NCBI GenBank assembly: GCA_964304625.1
Contig: OZ199838.1
Location: 13,475,945 to 13,539,944, forward strand
DNA: 64,000 nucleotides
Direction: 5' to 3'
Source: Kudoa neothunni
Taxonomy: Eukaryota; Animalia; Cnidaria
Shown: in pieces, positions 37,701 through 53,529 of the stretch
How positions within the stretch are numbered: the first letter of the stretch is position 1
How the letters are laid out: every line of letters starts with the position of its first letter
Notes under the pieces: generated by a model
Database searches by the model: none
The model's input: only the letters and a program-made list of their open reading frames with translations
What the model was told of the DNA's origin: nothing
Position numbers and translations under genes: made by a program

Positions 37701-40367
37701 CACAAAACTATTTAGAAAATTATTCAAAGTTTGGTATTTTTAAGAATATTATTTCTTTTAAATACTCCAACCCTAACATAAATGTTATCACGGATTGATT
37801 ATTAGTTAAGTTAAATTTTTAATTCGTTGCTAACTGTAACCAAAATCATTATTCTATTATAATTTTATATATTAAATAAAAAGCTATTAATTGGAAATTA
37901 TATTTTTAAAACTTCAACAAAGATGAAATTAAGTTTATTAATTTTTGAATTAAATAACATAACAAACATTATGATTAAATACCCTCCTCTCTAAATTTGT
38001 ATACTTACAAAAAAATTAAAAGTTAATATTTTCTACATCAACTACTCGTACATTAATCTAATTTTATGCTGGGAAAAAATAATAATGAGATTCTAAATAG
38101 TAAATCAATTAATATGCGCGCGCGAAAAAAATAAAAATATACATTGACATACTAACACTAACCCTTAAACAAAAATCAAAACATAAAATAACTCCTAATT
38201 ATATTCTCTCTTAACCGAAAATATATGCTATTCGAATTTTTAAATTAGTCAAGAAAACCACCTGTCTTCTTCGCAATAATGTAATAATGTAATTTCCAAG
38301 TAAATAAACGATGGCGCTTAGCAAAAATTTATTTATCACATTCATATGCAAAATAATATTCAACGTTAACACAAGCTAAAATCTTTCTCTCAATTTTGTT
38401 TAATTAGTCAATATAATAAATGACGTTTATTATATCGAAATTTTTTAATATTTTATAGGATGGATTCGTATAATTAAACTTACTAAAAACTTTAAATATG
38501 TGACGACGACTAGACTCCATATTTTTATCCGGAGGATATCTTTTTTATTTTGGATACTTAGAAAACTTGAAACATCATTATTTACATATATTTTAATGTT
38601 TAAATAAATTAATATATTTCGGATGAATAATAAAAATTCGCACTCTTTAGAAATAACCAAAGAAAGTTGTATCAAACTAGATTTCATTTAAATAATTTCA
38701 AAATTTTCATAAACACTTTTATGAGTATTCAAAACTATTAATTTTTTTAATATATTCAAATTTGACAATTAGCAAATTAATTAAATTTTATAATCCTTAA
38801 ATTGAATAAAATCTAATATAGCAAAGTTAATTAAAATGAATTAATTATAAAACTTATCTATAAAATATTCTCAATCTGACTTATTAACTTTAATTAGGTT
38901 GTAAACAAAGGGGTAATCTATATTTGTAATGTTAGCATTCTCGCATCATTTTATTCCCTAAATCATAATTTGAACTTTAAAAAAATCACTGATAATATAC
39001 AGCCGTTTTTATTTTTTTAAGTAAACTTCACATGCAAATATATATTTTACACATCATTACCCAATAAAACTTGATAATGATAAGATAATAGCCTCAAAAA
39101 ATTGTAATTTTTTATTACATCAAATTTCGGTATCCGCAATAATTTTATTCGTTGCTCAAACAAAGTTATTTTTTCTTATTTATAGATTAAGTATTAAGCT
39201 TAGGTGATGCTCATAATTTAAGCAAGTGGAAATTTATAATACCTTCTTTTCACTAGCCCAACTTCCGTACAATCTAATTATTGCATCTGTAGCACAAAAC
39301 AACACCACAGTTGCGGCAGATAAAAAACTTTTCCATGTATAATCGTACCATGGAGTTTCATCCAGACCAAGACCCTAAACAGAATAAGTTAAACCAACTA
39401 TCACATTAAAAGAAATTCTACATCTGGTATTAGATGAATGAGAGCATTTCCTGAAAGGACTCCAACTGCAAAGGCTTGAATTATCATTATAATATAGTTG
39501 ATAATGTTGGATTTGGTGAATCCCAGAAGTAATGCACCGATCATCGATAGAAATAGGATGAGCGTAGCACCTCCTAATGAGGAACCCCACACTAAAAAGT
39601 AACATTATCAACTTAAAATACATGTTAATTATTATAGCTGCTTAAAAACGTTGTGAGTACACTAAAATAATGATAGAAAATAGCAAGAGAATTATTTTTT
39701 AAGTGATTAATTCCTTTAGACAATCATAGCGATCATTGTTACATAAATATATTGGGTTTCATATCCGAAAAATACTATTATTGTTAATGTAATCTTATAA
39801 AAACTAACTAAGCCCAATTATAGAACTATTATAACATTTATATCAACACACGTTAAAACAAATGAGACGTATTTCTAATAAAGACTCTATTTGTCGTATA
39901 ATTTTAATGCTATTAGGTCATTAATCCTAAGGGCAGTTTTTTACATTTTTTCTCCATTAAAACATTAAAAATAACACAACCTTCATCCTCGGTTGAGTTA
40001 AAAATATGTATTTTATATTTTTCTTAAACAAAACGAAAGCAATAATACCTAGTAATGGATTTGAAGAAATTAGGTTGCCAGCATGACTAGAATCCAAATT
40101 GTTGTGAACATTTTTCACCAATTCCGAATAGAATGGCCCCGAGCATTTAACAGCAGAATAATTGTTTTCTGTACAAAAATTCTTTACAAGATTGGTTACA
40201 CTTCGCTGAATCTGGGACTCTTTGTTGTTAGCATTGTCACTCATCTCATTTTCTTGTATTAAAATATCACAAAGGTTACTGTGTTAAACAATGAATATAC
40301 TTAATTGAAGTGCGTTTGGCCAAACTGTGAGTGCTATCAGCACCAACCATACTCTCCCTATCACCAT
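34782..40367 (-). CDS. SLC39/ZIP metal transporter, LIV-1 subfamily, ZIP8/ZIP14-like
   Basis: Signal peptide [16 protein letters not shown]; [15 protein letters not shown]; [17 protein letters not shown]; EEVPHEIGD; GAFLYISF. Contains a 3602-nt intron (35641-39242). Confidence 0.92.
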
Positions 40368-41405
40368 TTCAAGCTATAATACGATTTATATTGTATGTTA
40401 CCACCTTAAAATTTTATAATAATACTGGCATGATATCGTCACGTCAACGTTCCACTGTCATGAAAGATTTACCTTTTTATGATTGAAAAGGTCAACCCTA
40501 ATTGTCCATCCAATGTATGCTTGGGAGACTAACGAATTCACGTACCCACTTTAATGAATACACGAACCTAACCACAGCAGGTAAAACTAATATACTCTCG
40601 GCGGCTTAACTTTTTATTTGGTTCATAATCTACTTATGGTAATGAATTGTGTTTTAAGATACACAACCTCAATTGATGCTCAACCGTCATACAACTTGAA
40701 TAAAATATTGGATTGATAGGAATAGAGGAGTGACATATTACCACAATCAAATTATTGTTTCAGGTTCGATAGAAACTACTTGCTATACATAGAATCAAGA
40801 AATAAATTACCACTCATTTTCTCACTTATCAGAGTTACCACCATAGAACTTAAATATCGAACGATGGAACATAAATAATCAACTAATCGGTACCTATTAT
40901 TACAATAAATATAATTGAGGAGAGACTCAGTAATACGTCCAATATATTCTATCATGGTGATAATATAGCGCACAATAGTATAAATATTAATATTATTTAT
41001 TGTATTGTATTGTATTGATATTATTCTCAGCCGACATATTCTATTTAATATTTCGAAGTAACCAAAAGGTTAAGCTGATCAGTTTATTTTCAGCTTTGGA
41101 TTAGATTTAAGGGGAATATGCAAATTCCATTGAATATTTTAATGTACAGTGAGCCAGGTACTAATGGGATTTTTTGTGGTAGTTTCACCTGTAACATCTA
41201 TAATTTAACTAAGAAATAAAATAAGTAAATCGCGCTGCAGCCCGTCATCCTCGTGTATCTCTAATTTGGACTGCGGCAAACTGTTCTATAACCTAATCCA
41301 TCGAATATAAAATGTGATCTAGTCATGAATTATAAACCATGATTGATAAATCGCATGATCCCTTTACTTAATTATAATTATATGAATCACAACATGTATA
41401 TTTAA

Positions 41406-42714
41406 CCTTCCCAGCGCTTGAAAATCGATTTTACACATTCCTTCTTTTGGGGTCCAATGAACCCCACATTTTTTTAACTTGAATTATGGGGAAAAATATT
41501 ATAAGTAATGTACTCAAGTATGAGAGAAAACTATCGATAAAATATTGAAAAATGTTACAATTATAACACCAGCGGTTGTTAACGACCATTGCCGAAACAT
41601 ATAAAAAGTTAAATTATGCATCTAATTTAATGGATTTTAATAAAAATAAATATTATCCCAAATTAATGAAATCTTGAAAATTATTTCATTTAAAAGTAAT
41701 TTCTTAATAATCACGCCCAATAAAACCCGCAATACATATTATTTCAAAATAGATAAAGTGCGAGTTATTTGTATTATTTTAGTTTTTAATGTTACAACGT
41801 ATCACACAAACAACTTTGAATTGCTTTTATTACAGTTGGTTCTACAAGCATACAAAAAATTCCCCGCTTTCTTGCCTTGAGATCTTGAACAATAACAGCA
41901 TCACTCGTGACAAAGTAATTCGAGTGATTATAATTTAGATTTGAGAATTAACATATAGACAAGGATTCCAATATAAGCCAATAACTGTTGGTTTGCCATA
42001 TCTTTAGATAATGCCGACAATTATAATTGTTAAACGTGTTAATATTTGAAATGGCAGTGGAGAAAAGACTCACCATAAAATATGAGGAATGCATCAGCTA
42101 AAGAGTTTATTCTGCTTAAAGATTAGGAATATGAACCTTGAGATTTTGAAAAATATTTCGTTTAGATTTTTTAACTATTTTAAGTTTCTCAGAAAATCAA
42201 TTAACACCATCCCTATCTTTGTACATATTTCGACAGCATTTATTACATTCAGAAACATTAGAATGGCGTTAATAACCAAGATGTCGAAAGATATCATAAA
42301 ATTCTTTTATATCGAATTCAATTTTATTCAAAATATTACACCAAAATCCGTTTACGACAGCATTTCACTAGCCGGTTATGATCGGTGTTTGGCGTATGCA
42401 TGGTTTTTCAAATTATCTCTACTTGCTCTCGGTAAAATTTTATTTAATTGTCAAAATTGTTGTAAATTATTTTTCTTCATCGTTTAGTAGGAAAAAAATG
42501 TGGGGTCAATTGGACCCCAAAAGAAGGAATGTGTAAGTATTTTGATTATTTTGTGACCTGAGTGTACAAATTAAAATATTCTGTGATATTTTAATAGAAG
42601 TCATATTTGTAGGAGAATAGATATGATCTTAAATTCACCGATATAATATAAGATTCTCTAAAATTGATTCAAACATCCATTGGGGTCCAATGGACCCCAA
42701 AGACGCTCGGAAGG
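41406..42714 (-). mobile_element. Non-autonomous piggyBac-like element (1309 bp)
   Basis: TTAA|CCTTCCCAGCG ... CGCTCGGAAGG|TTAA. Palindromes at 41449, 42502 and 42682. Internal inverted repeat of about 45 bp (41431-41475 vs about 42492-42536). Remnant of the Cys-rich C-terminal domain at about 41795-41900. Confidence 0.88.
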
Positions 42715-43299
42715 TTAAGACATTGTTGCGAAAATCATTCGACCTTTTTTTCTCAAATTGCTCAAAAATTAAATAACTGTGTGTACAATGGAATTTTATT
42801 GTTTTCCTATTTTAGATGTTATGTATTCTTTTTGCTTGGAACCATTAAATCCGCTTGGAATTCTTAGTCTTATTAACCGCTATACGCCTCTCTAAAGTGA
42901 TTTAATCTAATTCCAAAATTAATCGTCGAACATAGAATTGTAGGCAGTGTTGTATAAGGTCAATATGCGTCGGTGAAAATTATGAAAAATATTAATTAGG
43001 AAAATAATTTATCACTAACGATTATGGTTGGACTTAAGTTAAGTGTTTTTAGTCAAAAAAAATGTTATAATAATTTTAAACTCTCAATAATTAAGTAGTC
43101 TCAGCTAATTCGTTATAACAAGGCCTAAGATACGAGAAACGTAGACGGTGTCAGATAATTCGCATGACTTCGGGGTTTTTCGTATGCAAATGTTGAAACT
43201 CTTAATAGAAATAAAACAGAAATCTGTCTATAAATTTTTATTTAATTTCCCCCAATGTTTGCGTAATTATTTATTGCATTCAATTTTGCAATAAAAATC

Positions 43300-43370
43300 T
43301 GGGATAAATTTGACCCCCAAAAGCACCAAGTATATTGTATATTGTAGTCGATTTTAAGGCGCTCGGAAGG
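43300..43370. mobile_element. Solo piggyBac-like end related to the 1-831 and 41406-42714 families
   Basis: GGGATAAATTTGACCCCCAAAAGCACCAAGT ... GATTTTAAGGCGCTCGGAAGG|TTAA. Confidence 0.7.
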
Positions 43371-44183
43371 TTAATAGCTTAAATGACTTATAAGGTAGAA
43401 CTGCACTTTATAAAACGATAAAATAACGACATAACAAAAAGTGCGCAATAACCGTTGTTGACTGAACAATGACCAAGCACACGGCTTTATGTGAAGTTTC
43501 TATCATCGAAAAATAACCACTAAACTCAATCTTACCATTAGCTAAATTTTAAAGGATCATTACGCTATAAATTATTACTAATTGTTTTGACAACTAAAAA
43601 TATTTAATAGTAATAAAATTGCGATAATAAAGTTATAAGCGGTGTATAGAACAAGAAAAGTTGAGAAAGATACCCAATTCACAAAAAATTCTAAAAATAA
43701 AATTTTAAATATACCAAATTAATTCAATTTAATTTAAATGAAGTCTAAGATTGCGAATAGATTTTTGACGATGATAATGAGACAACATGTGAGGGTCAAA
43801 ATCATGCGGATTTATTGTCCACAAATGGTCAATCTGATGTTATCAAATCAATTATTATACAAGTCAAAATTTTAATCAAACAAATAAAAAATATCATGAA
43901 TGTTAAAACGGAAACTTTCACTCTAAGAAACTCCACCTGGATTATTTAATTTACATCCCATAATGGATAGAATTAACAGAATATCCATAGACAGATTTCA
44001 ACACACAAATATCATCAGATTTTTTGTAAAAATTTAAGAACTCTTCCTTGATTGAACTAAATTTTATCTGTTTTTAAACAAAGTTTGTTTGTACGAATAA
44101 TCATCAAATGTAAGCACACGAAAATCGTAATCCAGATAGTGATGCACACTCATAAAACTGGATATTGCGTAAAAACTTTATGG

Positions 44184-44202
44184 CAGGGGTCACCAAAGTA
44201 CG
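44184..44202. mobile_element. Solo left end of a hAT MITE
   Basis: CAGGGGTCACCAAAGTACG, a typical Charlie/Buster terminus; partner end not found. Confidence 0.4.
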
Positions 44203-44864
44203 ACCCCAATGTCCCGCTAACATTCAAGTGTGCGCGCTAATTTGTATTGACTTACTTGAAGGCTACCAATACATTATTTTAGTAGATGAATGTTGGTTAA
44301 AAATCATCATTTAATTCCCTTATTATTTTTATTTTATCTTAATCGAAAAAAAGAGAAAATCGACACATTAATATAGCAACATTATGAATGTAAAACGTAC
44401 AAATCTATAAGACACGTTTTAATATTTATTTGATATCTATGCTTCTAATAGTTTAAAATTCTTAATTATTTAAAGTTAATAAATTACATTGATTAGCTCT
44501 ACTTTTTAATCTGATTGGGTTAAATTGGTTTGATACTAGAAATTTAAAATGACGGGGCAATAATCATTGTTCCTTAGATATTTTCTAGCATTACATCGAG
44601 TATTTTACAAAATTATGTACTTATCTCCAAATGGTGGTTATTAAAGAAATAATAAAAAAATCGTGATTCTTAATTACAACCATATACATAACAAACTTCC
44701 CCCTTTTTTAAACTATACAGTAGACAATGAATAGTTCGTAATCCCATTGGGGTCTCAAAATTGAACTATATTAAATCCTGCCTCAGGAACCAATTTCCTG
44801 TTTCACATTCAAATACAAATTCGATATTTTTTTATATTTATATTATCTTCGTTTTATTTTTATA

Positions 44865-46143
44865 CCGGGTTTTGCATCCAAAGTCGAACTATTTGATAAT
44901 CAATGTCGAACTTCAAACATTCTAAATGACCTTTTTTTGGTCACGAATTGAACTTTTGAGACGAGTTGTACCGAATTGTTCTCACGTTTGTTAGAATGTC
45001 AAAGCAGCAGTCATTCGAATAGGAACCGCGAGAGAATGATAGATTTAGTTGTAAATAAAGGTAAGAGCCAGCGAGAAGTTGCTGAATCTTTTGGCATTCC
45101 CAAATCAACTCTTTGTGGAATAATCAAAGACTGTAGAAGTTCACAAAAAATCCATAAAGTACCTAAGGGAGGTTGTAGAAATATTTCTCTTACTTCAGAA
45201 GTGAAGAACAACTTGATAAAATTAATAGAGGATGACTGTACCATCACTTTACAATCGATGATTGACAAGCTTAACCTGACCGTCCATCTTACTACGGTTT
45301 GGAGATGGTTAAAATCAATGAACATGACATTCAAACTTGCGAGACCTATTCCACAAAGTAGAAATTGAGAAGAGAGTGTGCAGAGTGATATTCAAGCATC
45401 TCCATTGATCGGAGATACAATAACGTAATATTTGTGGACGTAAGTCCTTTTACTCCGCATATATTGAGGAATCATGGGAAAGCGCTGAGGGACCAGACTC
45501 CTAATCCTGTAATTAGGAACAGTAGAGAGATAACATCATCATGATATTAGCTGTAAGTGCTACCAATATGGAGCATTGTGAGGCAGGTTTTAGTAACGTT
45601 AATCATGAAATATTCCAAGGATTTTTGACAAAATTGAATGAGATTTTAGGAAGTGACGATTTCACGATCGTCATTGATAATGTTCGCTTTCATCATACCA
45701 GTATGGAATTTTATGATGAATATGATTATGAAGTAGTTTACTTGCTAAGTTATAGCCCTTTCTTAAATCCCTGTGAGGAAGTTTTTTCCCAAATAAAATG
45801 AAAATTTCGGCGCGACGGCCCTATAAGAGGAAGGGATGATCTCCTCAATAGGATGAAAGAAGTCTCTAATTCTGTATCTTCCAACAATTTGAAGAATTAT
45901 TATCAACATGCGGAAACTTTCCTCGGAAAATGTCATGCATTCCTCGATAATGAAAGAAATTAACTGAAACGTAACATAACAATCTATCGAGTACTTTTTG
46001 CTTTAGTTGCGTTACGTACTCTCTTCCATTGCATTAACTAAGTTCTAATAGACCTTAACAATAAATCTAATATTTTTAATTTCTATTTTTTAATGACTTT
46101 TAATTTGGTCATCAAATAGTTCGACTTTGGATGTAAAATCCGG
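44865..46143 (+). mobile_element. Tc1/IS630-like transposon (1279 bp) with disrupted transposase
   Basis: TA|CCGGGTTTTGCATCCAAAGTCGAACTATTTGAT ... ATCAAATAGTTCGACTTTGGATGTAAAATCCGG|TA. HTH SQREVAESFGIPKSTL; catalytic motifs IFVD, VIDNVRFH and YSPFLNPCEE. Internal stops and frameshifts. Confidence 0.93.
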
Positions 46144-46459
46144 TAATTGCTTTTCCAACAAAACTAAATCCAACCTTTGAAGCTTGTGAAAACCAAAAAT
46201 TAGACCAACCAATTAAAAACTTTGGTGATCTTTGTTTATGGCGTGGTTTTTGCTGGCCGAAAAACCCATGCAACAACCAATCTCGACCGCATCTGCATAA
46301 CGCGCACGCACGTAACTCGATATTGCGTATTAATTTTGTATTGCGTAGTAAGTTGGCGGTCCCAATTTACTACATAATACCGATGCGCGGCTGTATTCCT
46401 CATGTAAACGTAATAACGAAATTTCAAGAAAATTTCTTCAAATAAGCTGTAACTATTAA

Positions 46460-47610
46460 CCCTAGAAAGCTCAGTGGGTCCCTGTTTGGTCCAAGTATAA
46501 ATTGATCAAATAAAGTCTCATTATTCTCGTATAGAGTTCTTTTATAGTTTATTTAACTAAAAATGAGAAATTCTATTTTATGCAATAATTTCAGGAATCT
46601 ATAAATTAAATTTATCCTTAGAGAGTGATATTTGTAATATTTAGCAATTCATCGAATTTTTTAATTCTTTACCATAAATTAAAATTAATCTAATAGAAAC
46701 AAAACTTTAATACATTTAATACTTTTTATTCAAATCATAATATACGATCTTGATAAGGGGATCTAAATAAACACGATGTAATGTTGGTTGTCGAGTGTTT
46801 AAAAAGGAGATTAAGTTTTATGCATACAAGATTAGTTATTATCATAATTGTTCGAGTAATAACGTAGACTACAAACAAATAATTTTTAGAACAATTCAAC
46901 ATAATTTAATAAAATCCACGACGACGTATTATTTACGCAGTAAGGCCATAAAGTTGTTTCCATGGAATCATGGTCGTCGTCCAACTACAGGCCATCATCT
47001 TTGTCGCTCTACAACTTCTGTATATTATGATCATATTCTTTGAAATATGATTCTATAATATGCTGCAGAAAACCTCACTTTTAAAATAATAAAAACAATC
47101 CGCAAATGTCTGAACGATACATGATATAAAGGTTATTGTGGATGCTACAGATTCAAAGCTGAAATATGTTTTGGGATGGAAGGTATCGAAGTCAAGCGTA
47201 TTATTCCCAACCATTGCAAATCTCGTGGTGTATAAAACTTAATCTCCTTTTTAAACACTCGACAACCAACATTACATCGTGTTTATTTAGATCCCCTTAT
47301 CAAGATCGTATATTATGATTTGAATAAAAAGTATTAAATGTATTAAAGTTTTGTTTCTATTAGATTAATTTTAATTTATGGTAAAGAATTAAAAAATTCG
47401 ATGAATTGCTAAATATTACAAATATCACTCTCTAAGGATAAATTTAATTTATAGATTCCTGAAATTATTGCATAAAATAGAATTTCTCATTTTTAGTTAA
47501 ATAAACTATAAAAGAACTCTATACGAGAATAATGAGACTTTATTTGATCAATTTATACTTGGACCAAACAGGGACCCACTGAGTAACTATTTTTGGTGAG
47601 CTTTCTAGGG
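46460..47610. mobile_element. Fold-back piggyBac-type element with perfect 352-bp inverted arms
   Basis: TTAA|CCCTAGAAAGCTCA ... TGAGCTTTCTAGGG|TTAA. 46470-46821 is the exact reverse complement of 47232-47583; the loop is 410 bp. Confidence 0.95.
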
Positions 47611-47952
47611 TTAAGCAGTTGATACCAATAGCAATAATCATCGCCAACAAAATTCATTTAACCTCATTCTTATCTTTTATTCAACACCGCTAAAATATCA
47701 CAGGAATAAACACGCTGATGAACTTAAACGCCAGCGCAATTTTTCAGTTTAATGGAAACAAAAAATCACTCATCCAATAAGAAAAATATAAAAATTATTC
47801 AAGGAATAAACATAATTCCAACTACAATGAGGTCGATAAAAAAAGTGGCCTTAACATTCATTAATATTCCTTGACAATGTTGGTTAAGAAACGTGGTGAA
47901 TGATAAATCAAAGACACGAGTATGTCCTGATTGAATGAGCACATAGAATCAA

Positions 47953-50104
<2,152 letters not shown>

Positions 50105-51363
50105 CTTTTGAAAAGTAAAACCTCAAATATAAATAGATTCTTCAATTTAACCGTGGACCGAAAATTTAAATGTTGTCAATGACAATCAGTTTCTACTGGC
50201 GGTAAGACTCTGTGACCTGGCGGCGCTTCTGAAAGGCATGCGCAATTTTCGTCAATCACTATAATGCGATTATCAATTTAAATTCAAATTCAAACTCTAA
50301 CATATAAGCTACATGTGTTAAATCTATCGCATACAATTTTGCATAATATTTACTTGTGTTTTGGTATGATAAAATGATATTAGAATGAGTCTGTTGTTAT
50401 TTTTAGTTTGTGTTAATCTCATAGTATAAGCCGATTTAAAAACTTATCAAATTTGTCATGACATATAGCCGATTAAAGCTTAGTTTTATCAGTATTCTCC
50501 ATTGATATTGTAATGCTTACTCACTGTTTATATTTTTCATGATGACTATTGCTATGGTGTATGTCTACCTTGCAGTGTGTTCCACCTCAAACCTAATCCA
50601 TTTAATTGCCGCATTAAACATTAATACTTTAAGTGCATCGGCTGTGAGGGTGTCATACTATATTCCCATGATATTTTTCTCCCTATATAATTGATTTTTT
50701 ATCGTTTCCCAAGATAGAACATCTTGTGTATATATAGTTACATTGGTCTAATGTGAGAATTCGGACAAAACTTTTCAATAATTGATATTGTTTAAAGCTT
50801 TTGGTTTACCGCAACTATCATAAAATTTACTGTATTTTATTTTATGTGATAAACTATCATTTTATATCATATCAAGTAAGTTTCCCACGCATAATTTTTT
50901 TATTAAACTTCTTCATATTAATTGCCATGTTGGATTATGATTATCCAGTGGGTGTAATACGTAATACCGGTGAAATAACGAACAATCAGTGAGGCGGATG
51001 ACGAGAAAATCGTCAAGTTTACTAACAAGTTGATTAAACAAAGGACACCGTTGTTTGAATATACATCGCACTCATTTCATCTCACCAACTTTTGTCATTA
51101 TCGTTGTTTATCATCCTCACAAAGCTACAGATTCCGACAATTATAACCTTGATATCATCATTCGGTTTTATTGTGTTCTAACAAACCGTTTATCAAGAGC
51201 GGCTTGTTTGATATTATAATTTCAACAACAATTGTCATAATTTTTTTAAATATTGATAAGCAACCAATATTGGATTAGTAGTTTTCGGTAGTGGACCTAT
51301 GCTAATAAAATATATCAATGAACTCATTTTATCGTTATCGTTAAAAATGGGAGTTTTGGAATA

Positions 51364-51864
51364 CAGTCGAGCCTCGGTAGCTGGAAACCGGAAGAACTAT
51401 TTAATCATATTTCCGGATAGAACTACCATCCATCATCGTACGACTTATACAGTATAGCATATATACCAATGCAATATTTAAAACAAAAATATTTCTAGGT
51501 TATTTATTAATAAATTTTTCTTTTAAAACCTAAGTTGAACATCCAGTTCCTATATAAATTTGTGCTATATCTGAACGTATGCCTTTATGTATATTAAACA
51601 TAAATTAATTACCAATTATTTAAAAAAGCAGATTACTCCCCTGTAGACGTGTAAAAATTGCCATTATGGAATGGTATACTCGTTTTTCTTTAAGTCTCCA
51701 TATTCTTAGTTAATAGATATGCCAACATTTTTAATTTAAATGTCAGAAGTTAAAATATTTTATTTAATAAATAGTAAACAATCCTTTAAGTAAAAATTTT
51801 TAAAAACCACTTAAGCACAAAACATTGTTTATGTTCGATTAACCGGATAATCGAGGTTTTATTG
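51364..51864. mobile_element. pogo/Tigger-like MITE
   Basis: TA|CAGTCGAGCCTCGGTAGCTGG ... CCGGATAATCGAGGTTTTATTG|TA (degenerate TIRs). Confidence 0.6.
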
Positions 51865-52000
51865 TACATATATTTCCTACTCGTAAATTAAGTTATAAAG
51901 TACGAATTTATATATTTAACATATTTCAGACAACGGAGGAAGACATTTTTTTATAAAACCGTGGATTTTGAGAATAAAAGACAACCATAGCTGTCAAAAC

Positions 52001-52859
52001 CAGGCTGCCAGGGCTTGGGTTTTTTCCCAAGATCTTGGGATCTTTGTGGTCACCTTTGGTTCTTGGGGGTTTTTATTGAAAACCTGTAAGCATTGAATAA
52101 TAACACAAATTTTTTCACTTGCGATATCAATATTTATATTTTTAGTAACGTATCCTATTCAAATTATTTCATGCAGTGTTCAAACATGTACGATATTGAA
52201 CGACAGCCTATTACAGGGATGGCCAAACCGCGACTCGCGAGCGCACGTATCATTAGGAAGTTGACGTGCGGATCTTTAAAAATTTAGACTTGACTTATGG
52301 TTGCATTTAATTTTGCTCATAAAGTTATTTGGGTACTTTGAAAGTCATAGGATCATGCGTTTTTATTCAGTATAAATTAAAACTTTTAGACAAAATGTAA
52401 ATATAACAACAAACCCCCAAATTTAATTTTTATCCCTAATGATTCCTTGAAATTTGAAGGTCATCAAATGCGGCTTCTATTTTATGCAAGTCTGGCCATC
52501 GTTGGCCAATTAGATTAAAGTGATACGTTTACGTAATTACTCAGTAAACATTGTCGTACATTATCAGAAAATTTAACCGTTATTTTAAAATATATCTCGA
52601 ATTATGAAATAATCAATTGTGAGTATATTAATCTATATTAGAAATGAAGTAAGAGTGAGTGTTCGCGCCAAAAAACTGTAATAATACGACGATAAATTTC
52701 AATCTAATATCTGAAGACGTAATTATATAGAATCGAAAGAATATTAAAAACTTTAATAGATACGATTCTATTTTTTTGTACTTTAAACTAGCATTTTTCT
52801 CGGCCTTAGGTGTTTTTACTTAAACTTTGGTTTTTTAGAAAACCTCACTGACAGCCCTG
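52001..52859. mobile_element. hAT-like MITE with CAGG(G)CTGCCA termini
   Basis: CAGGCTGCCA ... TGACAGCCCTG; 8-bp TSD GTCAAAAC / ATCAAAAC. Confidence 0.75.
52214..52504. mobile_element. hAT MITE nested in the 52001-52859 element
   Basis: CAGGGATGGCCAAAC ... GTCTGGCCATCGTTG; TSD GCCTATTA / GCCAATTA. Confidence 0.75.
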
Positions 52860-53529
52860 ATCAAAACAATAATAAGAAAATGTGAAAAATGAAGCAATAG
52901 TACAACAGTTTATTTTTAATTTTTCACGCTATTCAAAGTATGCATAGGCATAATTATTCCTATTATTCGCACTTGCGCAAACAAACGTCACAAAAATGCA
53001 TCACGATTTATTTGCATTAAATTTATTATATTTTAAAAATTAAAACATAACTTAAATAAATATGGTACTAACCTTAAGTGCACCGATTTTTATTATTTTA
53101 ATACACTTTTATATGTGGTCACAATGGCCACCTCCAGCTACTCTTGTAACTTTTTTCCTCAGGTGTTCGAGGATTAATAAAAAATCAATATTTTTCGCGG
53201 ATACAGTTTTCCATCTTATTCCACATGACATACATGAGGCTCTAGTGTCAATTAAGGATGTCTGGAATGGTGTATGTGTATCCATCGAAACAAGCAAATA
53301 ATGTTTTAGAAAGACAGAATTTCAAACGATTTATATTTAAAAATGGTACAAAATTTCTGAGATGATTTCGATAAGTTATGAGATTATTAATCGAACCTTA
53401 ACAAAAAAACATGATATTTCAAACAAATGTTCTCCAGACGGTATTAAATAAATTTTTTGCTCGGTTCCGGGAGGAATTGTGAACGAGCCTTTCACTTACT
53501 GTTTAAGATTCCTGCCTAAAAATCAAATA

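Noticed and set aside
620-43370. Recurrent palindromes as a CRISPR array or as terminators
   Set aside because: Eukaryotic context, dispersed rather than regularly spaced, and always next to transposon ends.
53109-53297. 62-aa minus-strand ORF ending VAGGGHCDHI
   Set aside because: The tail resembles the GGH end of some Tc1/mariner transposases, but it is too short and lacks TIRs to call.
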